Under the pieces are notes generated by a model. The model did no database searches and was not told the origin of the DNA. It saw only the letters and a list, made by a program, of their open reading frames with translations. Both the position numbers and the translations under genes were made by a program. This document shows positions 12,873-24,499 of a stretch of 55,777 nucleotides of DNA, one piece after another (within the stretch, counting starts at the first letter, position 1; each line of letters opens with the position of its first letter). Origin of the DNA: Rhynchobatus australiae (Eukaryota); the NCBI GenBank assembly GCA_034780895.1, contig JAUZTB010000057.1:13010914-13066690 (forward strand), written 5' to 3'.

Positions 12873-13592
12873 NNNNNNNNNNNNNNNNNNNNNNNNNNNN
12901 NNNNNNNNNNNNNNNNNNNNNNNNNNNNNNNNNNNNNNNNNNNNNNNNNNNNNNNNNNNNNNNNNNNNNNNNNNNNNNNNNNNNNNNNNNNNNNNNNNNN
13001 NNNNNNNNNNNNNNNNNNNNNNNNNNNNNNNNNNNNNNNNNNNNNNNNNNNNNNNNNNNNNNNNNNNNNNNNNNNNNNNNNNNNNNNNNNNNNNNNNNNN
13101 NNNNNNNNNNNNNNNNNNNNNNNNNNNNNNNNNNNNNNNNNNNNNNNNNNNNNNNNNNNNNNNNNNNNNNNNNNNNNNNNNNNNNNNNNNNNNNNNNNNN
13201 NNNNNNNNNNNNNNNNNNNNNNNNNNNNNNNNNNNNNNNNNNNNNNNNNNNNNNNNNNNNNNNNNNNNNNNNNNNNNNNNNNNNNNNNNNNNNNNNNNNN
13301 NNNNNNNNNNNNNNNNNNNNNNNNNNNNNNNNNNNNNNNNNNNNNNNNNNNNNNNNNNNNNNNNNNNNNNNNNNNNNNNNNNNNNNNNNNNNNNNNNNNN
13401 NNNNNNNNNNNNNNNNNNNNNNNNNNNNNNNNNNNNNNNNNNNNNNNNNNNNNNNNNNNNNNNNNNNNNNNNNNNNNNNNNNNNNNNNNNNNNNNNNNNN
13501 NNNNNNNNNNNNNNNNNNNNNNNNNNNNNNNNNNNNNNNNNNNNNNNNNNNNNNNNNNNNNNNNNNNNNNNNNNNNNNNNNNNNNNNNNNNN
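12873..13592. other. Assembly gap (N run)
   Basis: Run of N. Confidence 0.99.
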
Positions 13593-13892
13593 TGCACCGG
13601 GCACAACACAGGCTAGGTCCTGTCCCTCTGATTACATATCCATTCTGATGGTTTAACTAATATGACCAGGCTAACAATTCAGATATGAACATTCTCCATC
13701 TTCCTCTTCTTTTTATGTGTCACTCAGCTTGAGGAAAGACAGTATAGGAATTATCATTTCCTGCTTTATCACTGCAATCAGAAAGAATGGATTTAGACTT
13801 TTCAAGCAGCTGGTTTTCACTAAAATCACAACTTAATTAATTACATTTCTTAGCTGCAGCAAGCACCTCTGTCTCAGTGACCTGTGTCTTAC

Positions 13893-14699
13893 AGAGCTCT
13901 TAAATACTGTATGAGTGTTTCTGCTGTGGAATGAGAATGGACACATTAAGCATTAACCTTCTGATCGCTTGATGTTAACCAGTTCTACAAGAAGGTTCAC
14001 TCATTTTCAAATGTATAAAGCTGAGATGAAATGCAACATCCACTTACGTGAATGCAGAATACACACAAGTCATTGAACTGTGCCCTGGAGGCTTTATAAC
14101 ATTATCCTACAATCAGCAAAACAGATATGATGAGGATTATACTGTGTGCCTAGTACTCAATAATACATAGGGTTATATCTTATAATTCACCGTTACCTTG
14201 TTTTGATTTGTTCTTTGACATGCAATTATGAAGTTATCCAAATATTAACCTCATTCTACCATTTAATTGTTATGCTGCTGTTTCAGTATATTTTGGTGCA
14301 TTGGATAAATATAGCTCCCTACAGAAGTGCTTTGCATAAGCCCATTAAGGAAATGACAGCTGAGCAGCTTATAATGACATTCCTCTCCAGAATTTAACAA
14401 ATTGTCCTAATATTTAAATGCTACTGGATAACCGATGAAATGATTCAGAAAAATGTGAGTGACTTAGTTCTGCTATTGGATTGTGGATCAGGACATCCAG
14501 GGATCAGAGTTAACCTGACAGCAAGAGAATTCCTCTTGCTCCCATTTGAAACTGACTCCAATTAGTTCTTGGTTAAATAGTGATTGTAACTGTAACAATC
14601 ACACTGGACTTTGACGTATCCTATTTATCACATACTTACCGCTTCGAATGGGACATCAGCACCAACAGTGCTCCTGAGAAAGCAGCGAATTCTGAACAT
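13893..14699 (-). other. Candidate three-exon spliced micro-ORF (14699-14640, 14106-14048, 13923-13893), unverified
   Basis: There are three GTAAG donors and two pyrimidine-rich AG acceptors with compatible phases (0, then 2). The joined peptide is MFRIRCFLRSTVGADVPFEADNVIKPPGHSSMTCVYSAFTRNTHTVFKSS; I recognise no homologue. Confidence 0.18.
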
Positions 14700-15682
14700 A
14701 TTTCAGAATTCTCATGTTGGCAAAATTATCTGATCTGCTGGTTCAATGGAAGCTGCAGAATTCCACCCCCAAGCATGAATGGAAAATATCAACCTTTCAA
14801 CAAAACTTAGGTGGATGCTATACCAATGCAAGTTCTTGTTATTTTGATGGATATCTCGGGCAATTGATGAATGACCAGCAAAAGTATGTTGCACGCTATT
14901 CGGCAATTTCTCAGTTAAACTCAGTTCACACTAAAATAAGAAATAAAAAGCTGTAAAAGAAATGTTATCAGGTCAGGAAGGAAACTTATTTAAAGCTTGG
15001 TAAAGGTTTCCTACTGACTCAACCGTAACTGTTCTCTGATAATGTCAACGAACATTACTGTGTAAAAAAAATCAGAAAGAGAGAAAAAATACATCTACCC
15101 AAAATAACAGTTTTTTTGTTATTCACTATATAAGGAGCATAGCTTGAAACAATTTGTACTTTTCAGAACAATTGCCAAAAAATTGCTTATACAATGATTG
15201 CATATACACTGGCCTGGCTATAAATGGCACATTTTTCTCAATTTGTTTATACTTTTCTTGAAGTTGGAGTATTCTGATAGCTAACAGGAACAGTTTCCTT
15301 TACCATTCTATTATCTAACACTAAACAAATGTCATCTTTCTCTGCAGATATAAAACAGTTACTGTCAACACTCATCGAAATAACTCCCTGGAAATAATTC
15401 TTTTTTTTTATCAAGGACTGTTTTTATCTGTTTGTGTTTGTTACTCTGCTGACTTAAATAGATATTCTGCAGAGTGAAGGTTTATGGATAGGATGTTTGT
15501 AATAAGGAGGTTCTTCTGCTTATGAAATACCTTAATACACATTGTTACTGTGTCCAGAAAAAAAAGCCATCTATGACATGGATATAAAATTCTTGGATGA
15601 TCTTGGGGATAGTATTCAAAACATATGTATAAAATTACCAAAATATTAGAGTCAAATGTTCAAACCTGATCAAAAAAAAAAG

Positions 15683-15805
15683 CCAAAACCCTGGGAAAGC
15701 TGGAAATCTGATGAATAGGAAAATGTTGAAAATACTCAGCGGGTCAAGAAGTGAGAGAAAATTGATGCTGAAGTATTAGGTTTGTTTCTCTCTTCACAGA
15801 ATAGT
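15683..15805. mobile_element. Penelope-type terminal repeat remnant
   Basis: GCTGGAAATCTG...AAAATGTTGAAATACTCAGCGGGTCA and TGTTTCTCTCTTCACAGA match the arms of the elements at 41914 and 47810. Confidence 0.6.
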
Positions 15806-15894
15806 TCTGACACTCTTGTTCACACTCACAATTCAAATCCCATTGTTCTGTAGGTGGTAAGCTCCAACCTAACTGGCTCATGTTTCCCCTCATA

Positions 15895-16385
15895 TAGATT
15901 TGACACAACATGAAAACAGGCCCTTTGGCCCATTTACATCCATGCCAGCCTTTTTGCCCATCTTCTCTCATCCTATTTGCCCACAGTACATTGGTATCCT
16001 TCTCTGCCTTGCTGGTCTTTTAAACATAGTGATTGCTTCTGATTCCACCACCTCCTGGGGCAGTGAGTTCCTGATATCCATTACTCTCTGTGTAAAAAAA
16101 ACATTACTATCAAATTCTCTTGAAAACTCCTTCCTTTCACTTTAAACCAATGTCTTTTTTGTTTTTGATATCTCACCAGGAGCAAAAGATTCTATCTACC
16201 ATTTCAATACCTCTTATAATTTTATATACCTCTATAAGGTCACCCCTCTGTCACTTTTGCTCCTGGGAAAATATGACCAGCATATCTAATCTCTCCTCAT
16301 AACTAAAATCCTCCAATTCAGGCGACATCCTGGTGAACCTCCTCTCCTTGCTGAAGATGTTAAATCCAGTTTTCAGTCTAACCAA
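15895..16385 (-). mobile_element. CR1 LINE 3' fragment
   Basis: CR1 3' end (GAAAACAGGCCCTTTGGCCC) and a reverse-complemented RT C-terminus (TTATATACCTCTATAAGGTCACCCCTC, GDLIEVY-like; GGCGACATCCTGGTGAACCTCCTCT). Confidence 0.9.
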
Positions 16386-16694
16386 ATCATATCTGTTCAT
16401 TTGTTCATCTCTAGAGCATTAAGACCAACACAGCTTGAGTGGCTTCCTGTGCTAGTCCTCTTGGACCTTCTGATGTCCACAGGGAAAACACCTTCCTTAA
16501 AGGAACACTGCCAAGGAAGCATTCGCACTGATAAAGGACCTCATAAAAACCCATTCATCCAATCAAAGTCCCACTGCCCCTACTGAATGCACTCCATGTT
16601 CGCCAAACTAATGCCAGCCTTGCTTCTTGGCTCACGGCAAGAATAACCAGTCATCATCTGGTAAATGCTTTGAGGGATGAAGAAGATAAGGTGA

Positions 16695-16882
16695 GATATC
16701 TATATTAGTCACACATACATCGAAACACACAGTAAAATGCATCTTTGCGTGGAGTGTTCTGAGGGCAGCCCTCAAGTGTTGCCACGCTTCTGGTGTCAAC
16801 ATAGCACGCCCACAACTTCCTAACTCATACGTCTTTGGAATGTGGGAGGAAACCAGAGCACCCTGAGGAAACCCATGCAGAC
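16695..16882 (-). mobile_element. V-SINE 3' half with a non-CR1 (Rex1/Babar-like) tail
   Basis: A well-preserved V-domain in reverse (GTCTTTGGAATGTGGGAGGAAACCAGAGCACCCTGAGGAAACCCATGCAGAC); the tail resembles 19450-19490. Confidence 0.85.
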
Positions 16883-17224
16883 TGGCCAGGGAAGATTTGG
16901 CCATAAATGAAACACAAGGGAAGGTCCAAACTGTAAATGTGGACCTGATCTTTTGCCCAACAGAAACATTCACATTCCCTCGCCTGCAGCCATTAAATGG
17001 ATTGCCAATCCTGACATTGAACTGTGACAGCTTTCTCAGCCACAAGGAGTGTGTCTATATGCACGAAGGGAAAATGGGTGGCGAGGGGAAGAGCTATTTC
17101 AGGAACATTATCCGATTTCCCTTGGGCACTATATTCAGATGATCCAATGCACTAATGCTAAGAGAACCTGTCTTGTACAAATTTAGAAATTCTAATGTGG
17201 TACCATTGATTGTTGCAGCTCAGA

Positions 17225-18200
17225 ACCACACCATGGACTTGCAATCAAGTATGAAGTCCATGGAATAAAAGTGGTTGTGACAGCATGGATAGGATATTGG
17301 CCAAAGAACGAGAAACTTAACAGTGTTGAAAGATTGTTTACAGTGGAGGAAAGTGTACAATGGAGTTCCCCAGCATCTGTTGCTTTCCTTGGTATCTATA
17401 GCTTTGGACTTGGGTGCATAGGATGCAGTTTCCATATCCGCACATGACACAAAATTTGTAGACACGGTGAACTCTGAGGAAGATAATGGTAAACCTGAAG
17501 GAGTTATGTACATGATGGTGCAGTGGGCAGATGATTAACAGATAAAACAAGGAAATGCAATTGTGTTATATTGCACCTTCTCATTCTTTCCACCAAAAGA
17601 GGGCAAAATTCTAAAATGGGCACTAGAAAAGAGCAATGTGGGCGATGTATTCATAAGTTCATTGAAGGTGATAGGACAAGCTAAGGGAAGATTTAAGAAG
17701 AAAGCATGCAGGATCATAGGCTTAAAAAGAAGAGGCACAGAGTGCAGGAGCAGAGAGGTCAAGATGAACTTCTATTAAATACCGGTTTGGCTACAAGTGG
17801 AGTATTATAATCCACACTTTAGAAAAAATGTGAAGGCTTTGGAGAGGATGCAGGGGATTTACCAACATAATTCCACATGTGGGTGGATTGGGTACTTGGA
17901 ACTGAATAGGTTGTGAGGGGATTTGATGGGGGTATTTAAAATCATGAATGGTATAAATACAGTAGAGAGATTGGTGGATGAGACAACCACTAGGAGGTGC
18001 ACAACGAGTGGTTATGGGTTTGAATTCACTGCCAGGTGTAGTGGTAGAGCATTCAAATGTTATGGGAGTTGGAAAAGTATCTGAAATGTAAGAGTTTGCA
18101 GGACAGTGGGGAGGGGGCAGAAGTGTGGGGCCACTAGCATTGTTCTTACTTGGAGCTAGTATAGATTTGATGGGCCAAATGTTCTTCCTTCGCGCTGCAA
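17225..18200 (+). mobile_element. CR1 LINE, decayed RT 3' half plus 3' UTR
   Basis: GGAGTTCCCCAG (GVPQ), a FADDTK-like TCCGCACATGACACAAAA, GAGAGGATGCAG...TTTACCA, and a 3' end GATGGGCCAAATG. Confidence 0.85.
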
Positions 18201-18224
18201 TCTTTCTGGGATTTGCACAATGGA

Positions 18225-18360
18225 TCATTTAGCACCACTCATGCATGTTGAGTCTCTGTAGAGTGATTCATTCAGTCCCATTATCCCATTCTTTCCTCAT
18301 ACTTTCCCTCAAGTGCTGATCTGATGCCCTTTGAAAGTCCATATTGACTCTGCTTTCACT
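18225..18360 (-). mobile_element. Old CR1 3' UTR remnant
   Basis: CCCTTTGAAAGTCCATATTGACTCTGCTTTCACT resembles the other minus-strand CR1 ends. Confidence 0.45.
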
Positions 18361-18993
18361 ACAAATACATTTTCTAGTTTGCCTCACCATTATTATTAAA
18401 ATATAGCACAGCTGCAGTTACAATACTTGACATTTTTTTTCAGTATGTCCTTTTTAATCAGCAATTCTCATGCTTTGATAAACACCTCNNNNNNNNNNCT
18501 CTGCATTTAATCAGTATGGGAGTTGCTTATTGACTTGCACACCACAGCCTAATGGAAGTTCTCACTTAATTACAGCTGACCAGAATTTGAACCATCCACT
18601 TCGCTTTCCAAACCTGTATATCGTATTGCTTTGCCATGAAAATACATCTAGTAACCCTGCAGTGTTGCTTGATTTTACCAAGAAAAGCCCATCTCTCCGG
18701 CCTTGAAGGAAACACTAAAAATAATTGCAATTGTATTAACAAATATGTGCAAAGTTTGTAGGAACAATTTATTAAACCAAATTCTCTGAATCTGGGAGCC
18801 TGAGTGCCAACCTTCCTTTCAAAGCTAGATGCCACAGTGTTATCTGGTGTTACCAACGCAATTGAATAGACTTGACATAATCATTTCTGATTCTTCCAAC
18901 ATGCAATTAGAACAATAACCACATGTCCTGCCCAGTTCACCAGTACACCACTAATGTTCTTGATCTGGTAGGTACGTTTTACAAGAAATGTAG

Positions 18994-19125
18994 CTGTCAA
19001 TGAAAGTTGACTATAAGTTTTAGTAATCTCTGAAATACCACAGGTTAACCTAGAACAAGGTCCATGGAATTACTGATTGGCCATCAGGATGAATGTGTTC
19101 GAAAAATGATTAGTGCTGTCAATCA
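18994..19125. promoter_or_regulatory. Cluster of PBX/MEIS(PREP)-type motifs, candidate enhancer
   Basis: Exact TGATTGACAG on the minus strand at 19116-19125, a one-mismatch copy at 18994-19003 and TGATTGG at 19074, all in DNA with no recognisable repeat. Confidence 0.25.
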
Positions 19126-19442
19126 GTCACGGGCAATGAATGTGTTTAATATGACCACAAATTAACGTTGTAACTTTTATTCTGAAGTGTTAATCATGCA
19201 CCTTAACAAAATGAAGTAAACATTTGCAGTTTGATATGATACCCCTGGCAAGCCAAATCTCTGTCGATTCCTCAAAATCCTGACTGCCACGTTCTCTCAG
19301 AAGGCTGAATTGGCTAAAGTGGATTTGTAAAATAGATTAGCATGTAAGATGATAGATAAGCCATGGCAGACATTTAAGGATTTGTAATTGGTCCATTGCA
19401 AAAAATTAAGTACTTTTCCTTGCCGGATTAACAAAGTAAATG

Positions 19443-19590
19443 ACAATTGATAATTGGTTTATCACATGTACCGAGATGTAGTGAAAAGTTTTGTTTGTAT
19501 GCCATTCAGACAGATCATTCCATACATCAGTACATCGAGGTAGTACTAAAGGAAAACAATAACAGAATGCAGAATATAATGTTGCATGAA
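19443..19590 (-). mobile_element. 3' tail of a non-LTR retrotransposon (Rex1/Babar-like)
   Basis: The minus strand reads CATTCTGTTATTGTTTTCC...TACTACCTCGATGTACTGATG...TTTTCACTACATCTCGGTACATGTGATAAACCAATT, recalled as an abundant batoid LINE tail. Confidence 0.65.
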
Positions 19591-19669
19591 CAATTCCTAT
19601 TTGTCCATACAAATTGATGTCCATACAAATGCAACACTATACTCTGCACTCTGCTGAAATTATTTTTTC

Positions 19670-20580
19670 ATTCACTAATTTTTTTGGGATCCGGACATCA
19701 CTGGTAAGGCCAGCATTTATTACCCATCCCTAATTGCCACTGAAAAAATGGTGGTGAGTCACCTACTCGAACTGCTACTAGTCCTACCAGTACTCCCACA
19801 ATGCTTTCGGGTAAGGAGTTCCAGGATACAGATCCAGGGATGATGAAATGGTGGCATTATGTTTCCAAAATAGGATGCTGTTCGATTTGCAGGGAAACTG
19901 CACAGGTTGTTCCCATACCCTCAAAGTCCTTTTCCTCCTCGGTGATAGAGGTTGCAGGTTTGGGAAGTGCTGTTGGAGAAGTCTGGGTGAGTAACTACTG
20001 TCTATTCCGTGGATTGAATTCACTGAAGCCACAGTGTGCTGGTGATTGGGGCAATGAATATTGAAAGTATTGGTATCATGATTAGATCTGCAGAGAGCAG
20101 CTTGCTACAAGTCGCCACTCTCCAGTGCCATCTTGCCTAACCAACTGGCTGCTTTATCGTGGATGGTGTTGAACGGTCTGAGAGTTGTTGGAGCTATGCT
20201 CATCCAGGCAAGTGGAGAGCATTCCATCCTGCTCCTGACTTGTGCAACAAACAATCTGTTGGAGGAACTCAGCTGGTCAAGCAGCATCTGTGGGAGGAAA
20301 GGAATTGTTGACATTTTGGGTTGAAACCATGGGACAGTTCCTTTCCTCCCATAGTTGGCGCTCGACCCACTGAGTTCCCTCAGTAGGTTGTTTGTTATTC
20401 CAGATTCCAGCATCTGCAGTCTCTTATGTCTCCACACTCCTGACTTGTGCCCTGTAAAAGCTTGTGAGTATCAGGAGGTGACAGGATATCCCCTCCCTCT
20501 GACCACTCTTGTAGCCATATTATTAATATGAGTAGTCTCCAGTTGACTTTCTGGTCAGTTGTGACTCCAGAATGTTGAAA
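19670..20580 (-). mobile_element. CR1-group LINE (second family), RT C-terminus plus 3' end
   Basis: Minus-strand ORFs give DQKVNW and AQVRSRMECSPLAWMSIAPTTL...IHDKAA; 3' end GGCCAGCATTTATTACCCATCCCTAATTGCC; interrupted at 20246-20436. Confidence 0.85.
20246..20436. mobile_element. Fold-back Penelope-derived insert with a 14-bp TSD
   Basis: Inverted arms of about 60 nt (AACAAACAATCTGTTGGAGGAACTCAG...GGGAGGAAAGGAATTGT / ACAGTTCCTTTCCTCCC...CTGAGTTCCCTCAGTAGGTTGTTTGTT). CTCCTGACTTGTGC is repeated at 20232-20245 and 20437-20450. Confidence 0.85.
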
Positions 20581-20804
20581 CCTCCAAACACTGAGTGCCA
20601 ACTGGTCCTGAGCAGCATGTTTCCAGTTCAGTAATTGTTCTGCAGTCGCTCAGTAAACACAAAGATTGGGATTTAGTGGACCTCCAGTATTAATTTAAAC
20701 TTACATTGGAGTGATTCGACTGGTGGGTCCTCTGGGAACCTTCCTCGAGATGAGCAAGAGCAAGCCTTGCTCTCATTATAGTTTGACGGCCAGTTAAGCT
20801 TTCA

Positions 20805-21175
20805 CAAATCGTGGGATTAAGTTTAAGAGCTGCGAGGTAATGATGCAGCTCTACAAAACACTGGTTAGACCACACTTGGAGTACTGTGTTCAGTTCTGGT
20901 CACCTCATTATAGGAAGGATGTGGAAGCATTGGAAAGNNNNNNNNNNNNNNNNNNNNNNNNNNNNNNNNNNNNNNNNNNNNNNNNNNNNNNNNNNNNNNN
21001 NNNNNNNNNNNNNNNNNNNNNNNNNNNNNNNNNNNNNTAAGCATATGGAGGAATTTAAAATGGGGGATATGTGGGAGGAAGGGGTTAGATAGTCTTAGGT
21101 GTGGTTTAAAGGTCGGCACAACATTGTGGGCCAAATGGCCTGTATTGTGCTGTATTTTTCTATCGTTCTATGGTT
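20805..21175 (+). mobile_element. Younger CR1 LINE 3' fragment containing a gap
   Basis: Canonical CR1 RT motif [32 protein letters not shown]; 3' end GGGCCAAATGGCCTGTATTGTGCTGTA...TTCTATG. Confidence 0.95.
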
Positions 21176-21564
21176 TAAGCCAGTTCTTTTGACTAGCTGT
21201 TGTCAAAGTTGTCAACTACTTCAAGAACAATAATATGCAAAGAAAACTGGCCACTTTTAGAATGCAGTGTTGGCAGCCACAAAAACACATGAATTTCACC
21301 CCACTTTGGACATTCCGATGATAAGTGAGATTGCAAGATTTTGCTTTTTCAAGCTGAACTGATTTTGGACAGCAACTTCTGAATTTTGTGCTTAACTCTT
21401 GTGTGTTGTGTGTGTGTCTGTCTGTGCCATCATTTCAAGCTGCTGTGTGATTGGTTTGAGTTGTTCATTAATAACTGTAAGTGCTATTGGCCTTGGGAAT
21501 TTTGACACAATGTTCTGGGGATAAAAAAAACCTTCATTATATGGAAATATTTTAAGGTGGAATA

Positions 21565-21700
21565 AATGTAGAAAATACCATAAATGCTCAAGGTATCAGA
21601 CAGTTCTGATGAAAGGTTATGGACCTGAAATGATAATTCTGCTTCTCACATCTAGTTTCTGATTTTATTTCAGATCTTTAGCTTTGCAGTTTTTTGCTAC
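21565..21700 (+). mobile_element. Penelope-type terminal remnant with a hammerhead-like core
   Basis: CTGATGA(21606-21612)-A-AGGTT-ATG-GACCT-GAAA(21627-21630), followed by a TTTTATTTCAGAT...TGCAGTTTTTTG tail. Confidence 0.6.
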
Positions 21701-22760
21701 AGAGATCTAATCAGGCTTTTTTAATTTGTTCACTTGACTTAAACTGATTTCCCAAGTATGTGCAGATGACCAAGGTCAAGGCTTTGATAATAGTTGTATT
21801 TTCTTTCCATGAGTACATCAGGACAGCAAATAGTCACAATTCAGTTCTAAAAACTGCAAACAATTATTTTTCCCTTTCATTTTCGACAATAAATATTTTG
21901 CCTACTACAGTTGATTCTTCATATTAAAGCTGTTATTGCAAACCATAAAATGGTATCTGACAGTGAAGAACAATTTAGAGCCCTGGGTTGATGTTGTGTC
22001 TGCTTTTGAGGAAGCCATTTACAATCTGTGTTATATCAGAGACCATGGACTGTTATCAATCATTGCACTGCTGCTGACCAAATCAATGGTGCTCTCTTAT
22101 AAAGTCTGAGGGTACATTTAGTAGGCTGAGCAAGTGTCCATTCTCAAACATATAGTATTCCATTACAATGGCAACTTGTTGGCCCCAAGTGTTCTGTGTC
22201 AGAATCCGGCACTTGAGAGCCTATGTTTTTTTTCCAAAATTTAACTTGTTTGAAGACTTCAGACAAAACCTATTATGGTATTCTGCATAATGAAGGACAT
22301 TCCCTCAAAATGCACCTTGGTACCACAGATGATTAGCTAAACCCCTGTGAGCCCCAAAGAGGGGAGAAAGTTGGAGGAAGGAGCCATCAGTAAGGGAGCA
22401 CTTCCTCACTGGAACTGTAGAGTGCAGACAGGGCACTGAGCTGCAATCTCCAACTTGATGACTAAAAAGAGAATTTTAACAATGCCCTGATGTAATTTTC
22501 ACTAATAATTCATTTATAATAAATGCTGAAGACACAAATGAAAAAACATAGAATCAAACATTCAATTCTTTGAATGAGTTGGAAGGATCTTTGTTTATTA
22601 AAGAAGTCTGCCTGCCCCCAGACCTTGGAAGTGGTAAATTTTCAGAAGAAACATGCCATCCCCTTTTACAATCTGATGGATGTTGCTCCTGCTCCTGCCC
22701 AGTTTTTTTTTGTCTGCTTCCCTGAACTACAACACTTTTTTTCAGCAAGGAATTCCTTTC

Positions 22761-23072
22761 GGAGATACAAGAGACTGCAGATGCTGGAATCTGGAGCAAC
22801 AAACAATCTGATGGAGGAACTCAGCAAGTTGGCAGCATCTGTTGGGGGGCTGGGTAGGAATTGTAAACATTTTGGGTCGAGACCCTGTGTCAGGACTGAG
22901 TGGAGAGAGGAGATGGCCAATATAAAGTGGAGAGGGAGAGTGGTGAGACAGAGGCCAGAGGTGATTGGTGGACTGAGGGGTTGGGGGGGTGGGAAAGTTG
23001 GATGACGGGCAGATCAAGCCGGGAAGGGGAGGGGTGGAGTTGGGAGACAGAGGCAGGTGGATGATAGATGGA
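22761..23072 (-). mobile_element. Penelope-like element terminal (pLTR) fragment
   Basis: GGAGATACAAGAGACTGCAGATGCTGGAATCTGGAGCAACAAACAATCTG is the reverse complement of the 20380-20433 arm. The minus strand has a decayed core CTGACAC-A-GGGTC-TC-GACCC-AAAA, and a purine-rich body follows. Confidence 0.75.
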
Positions 23073-24499
23073 GGACATTCTTTTGTCTTGTTTTTGTGTG
23101 GAAAAAATAAAGCAGGATCAATTTTGAGGGACACATGCAGTGTGCTTGGCTGGTAATGGTAGCAAAGTAATGTTTGCAGTTGAATACTTGTATTTCTGAA
23201 GCAACTGAGCACCATTTTAGGTTGGTCAATTCTGTGACAATTTTGAGACAGAGATGTAACAAAACTGTCTAAGATGTGACAAAAAAATAATACACTGAGC
23301 TTAAACAATGCATTGAAGATCACACAAATGAAACCATTCCTGTTGATGATATTGAGTAATACTTGGATGATAATCTGACCAGGAATTGCAAAATTCCCTT
23401 TCAAGAATGTGTTGACATTTACTTTCAGATTCAGCTGAAGTTCTCCGGGGGCTCGTTTATTCTGTTTTAGTTTGCAGCAGATTTGGTTCAAAAATTATGA
23501 AACTGAATAAGAGGGAACTTGTTTACAAGGCTGGATTCACAGCTGGTGAAGCACCAAACTTACAACTAACATGGTGGTCCCTTTAAAAAACGGTGTTGTT
23601 TTTCTGCCCTCATGTGACACATGGACATTCAGCTGCAGTTTAGGATCTGCATGCTTGAACACTGCACAGTGTGCAAGTGCTGGCGATTGGCAGCTGTTGT
23701 CTTTTATTCCCCCTGGTCCCAGCTGTACAAAGGTATAGTTCTCTGTCTCACTACATTCTCTTAATATCTGACAGAAAATACCTCCATGCCAATTGGCATA
23801 AATGGGAAATTTAAAGCATGTAACAACATGATTTGAAAAAATAGAACCACAAAAATTCCTGGTCTGATCCAGTGAATTCCCCTGCATATTTCAGCAGGAA
23901 GATGATGGAACTACTCAGAACGACACCAGGTCTCGATCTAATCTCGCCATGGACTTTCTAGGATGGTCTGGTTGTAACTTAGAAGCATTTTGAGCCAGAA
24001 CAAGCTCTGATGTGGGCCTCAGAACCCCTGAGTTGTCGAGGCATCTTTGACTTCTGCATCTGTACACTGCAAAGTGAACATAAATGGTCAGCTATTGATA
24101 CTCTCTCATTGGACNNNNNNNNNNNNNNNNNNNNNNNNNNNNNNNNNNNNNNNNNNNNNNNNNNNNNNNNNNNNNNNNNNNNNNNNNNNNNNNNNNNNNN
24201 NNNNNNNNNNNNNNTTCTCTCTCATTGGACTCACCATTGAGTCCACAGGTTGTTCTGGTTTATATTGAGTGAAAGAGTCAGATATACTTTATACCTAGTC
24301 CCTTAGTTTTATGATGGTAATGTACAAACAACAATTCATTTGAATGAAAAGGTAAGGTCAGATTAATTAGTTTAATTACTTTTCTTTACTTCAATTTATA
24401 TTTATATTTCTAATTAATTTACAGTAGTTAAAAATTGTTTCAAAATTGCTTTGAACCTTTTAAACTGTTTCTAAGCCTCTCAGGATATTGAAAACATTT

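Noticed and set aside
14048-14106. VIKPPGHSSMTCVYSAF resembling immunoglobulin V framework 1
   Set aside because: It is only 59 nt, with no W or YYC motifs and no RSS.
22742-23491. 249-aa minus-strand ORF
   Set aside because: About half lies in a pyrimidine-rich Penelope-type repeat, it has a non-ATG start, and I recognise no domain.
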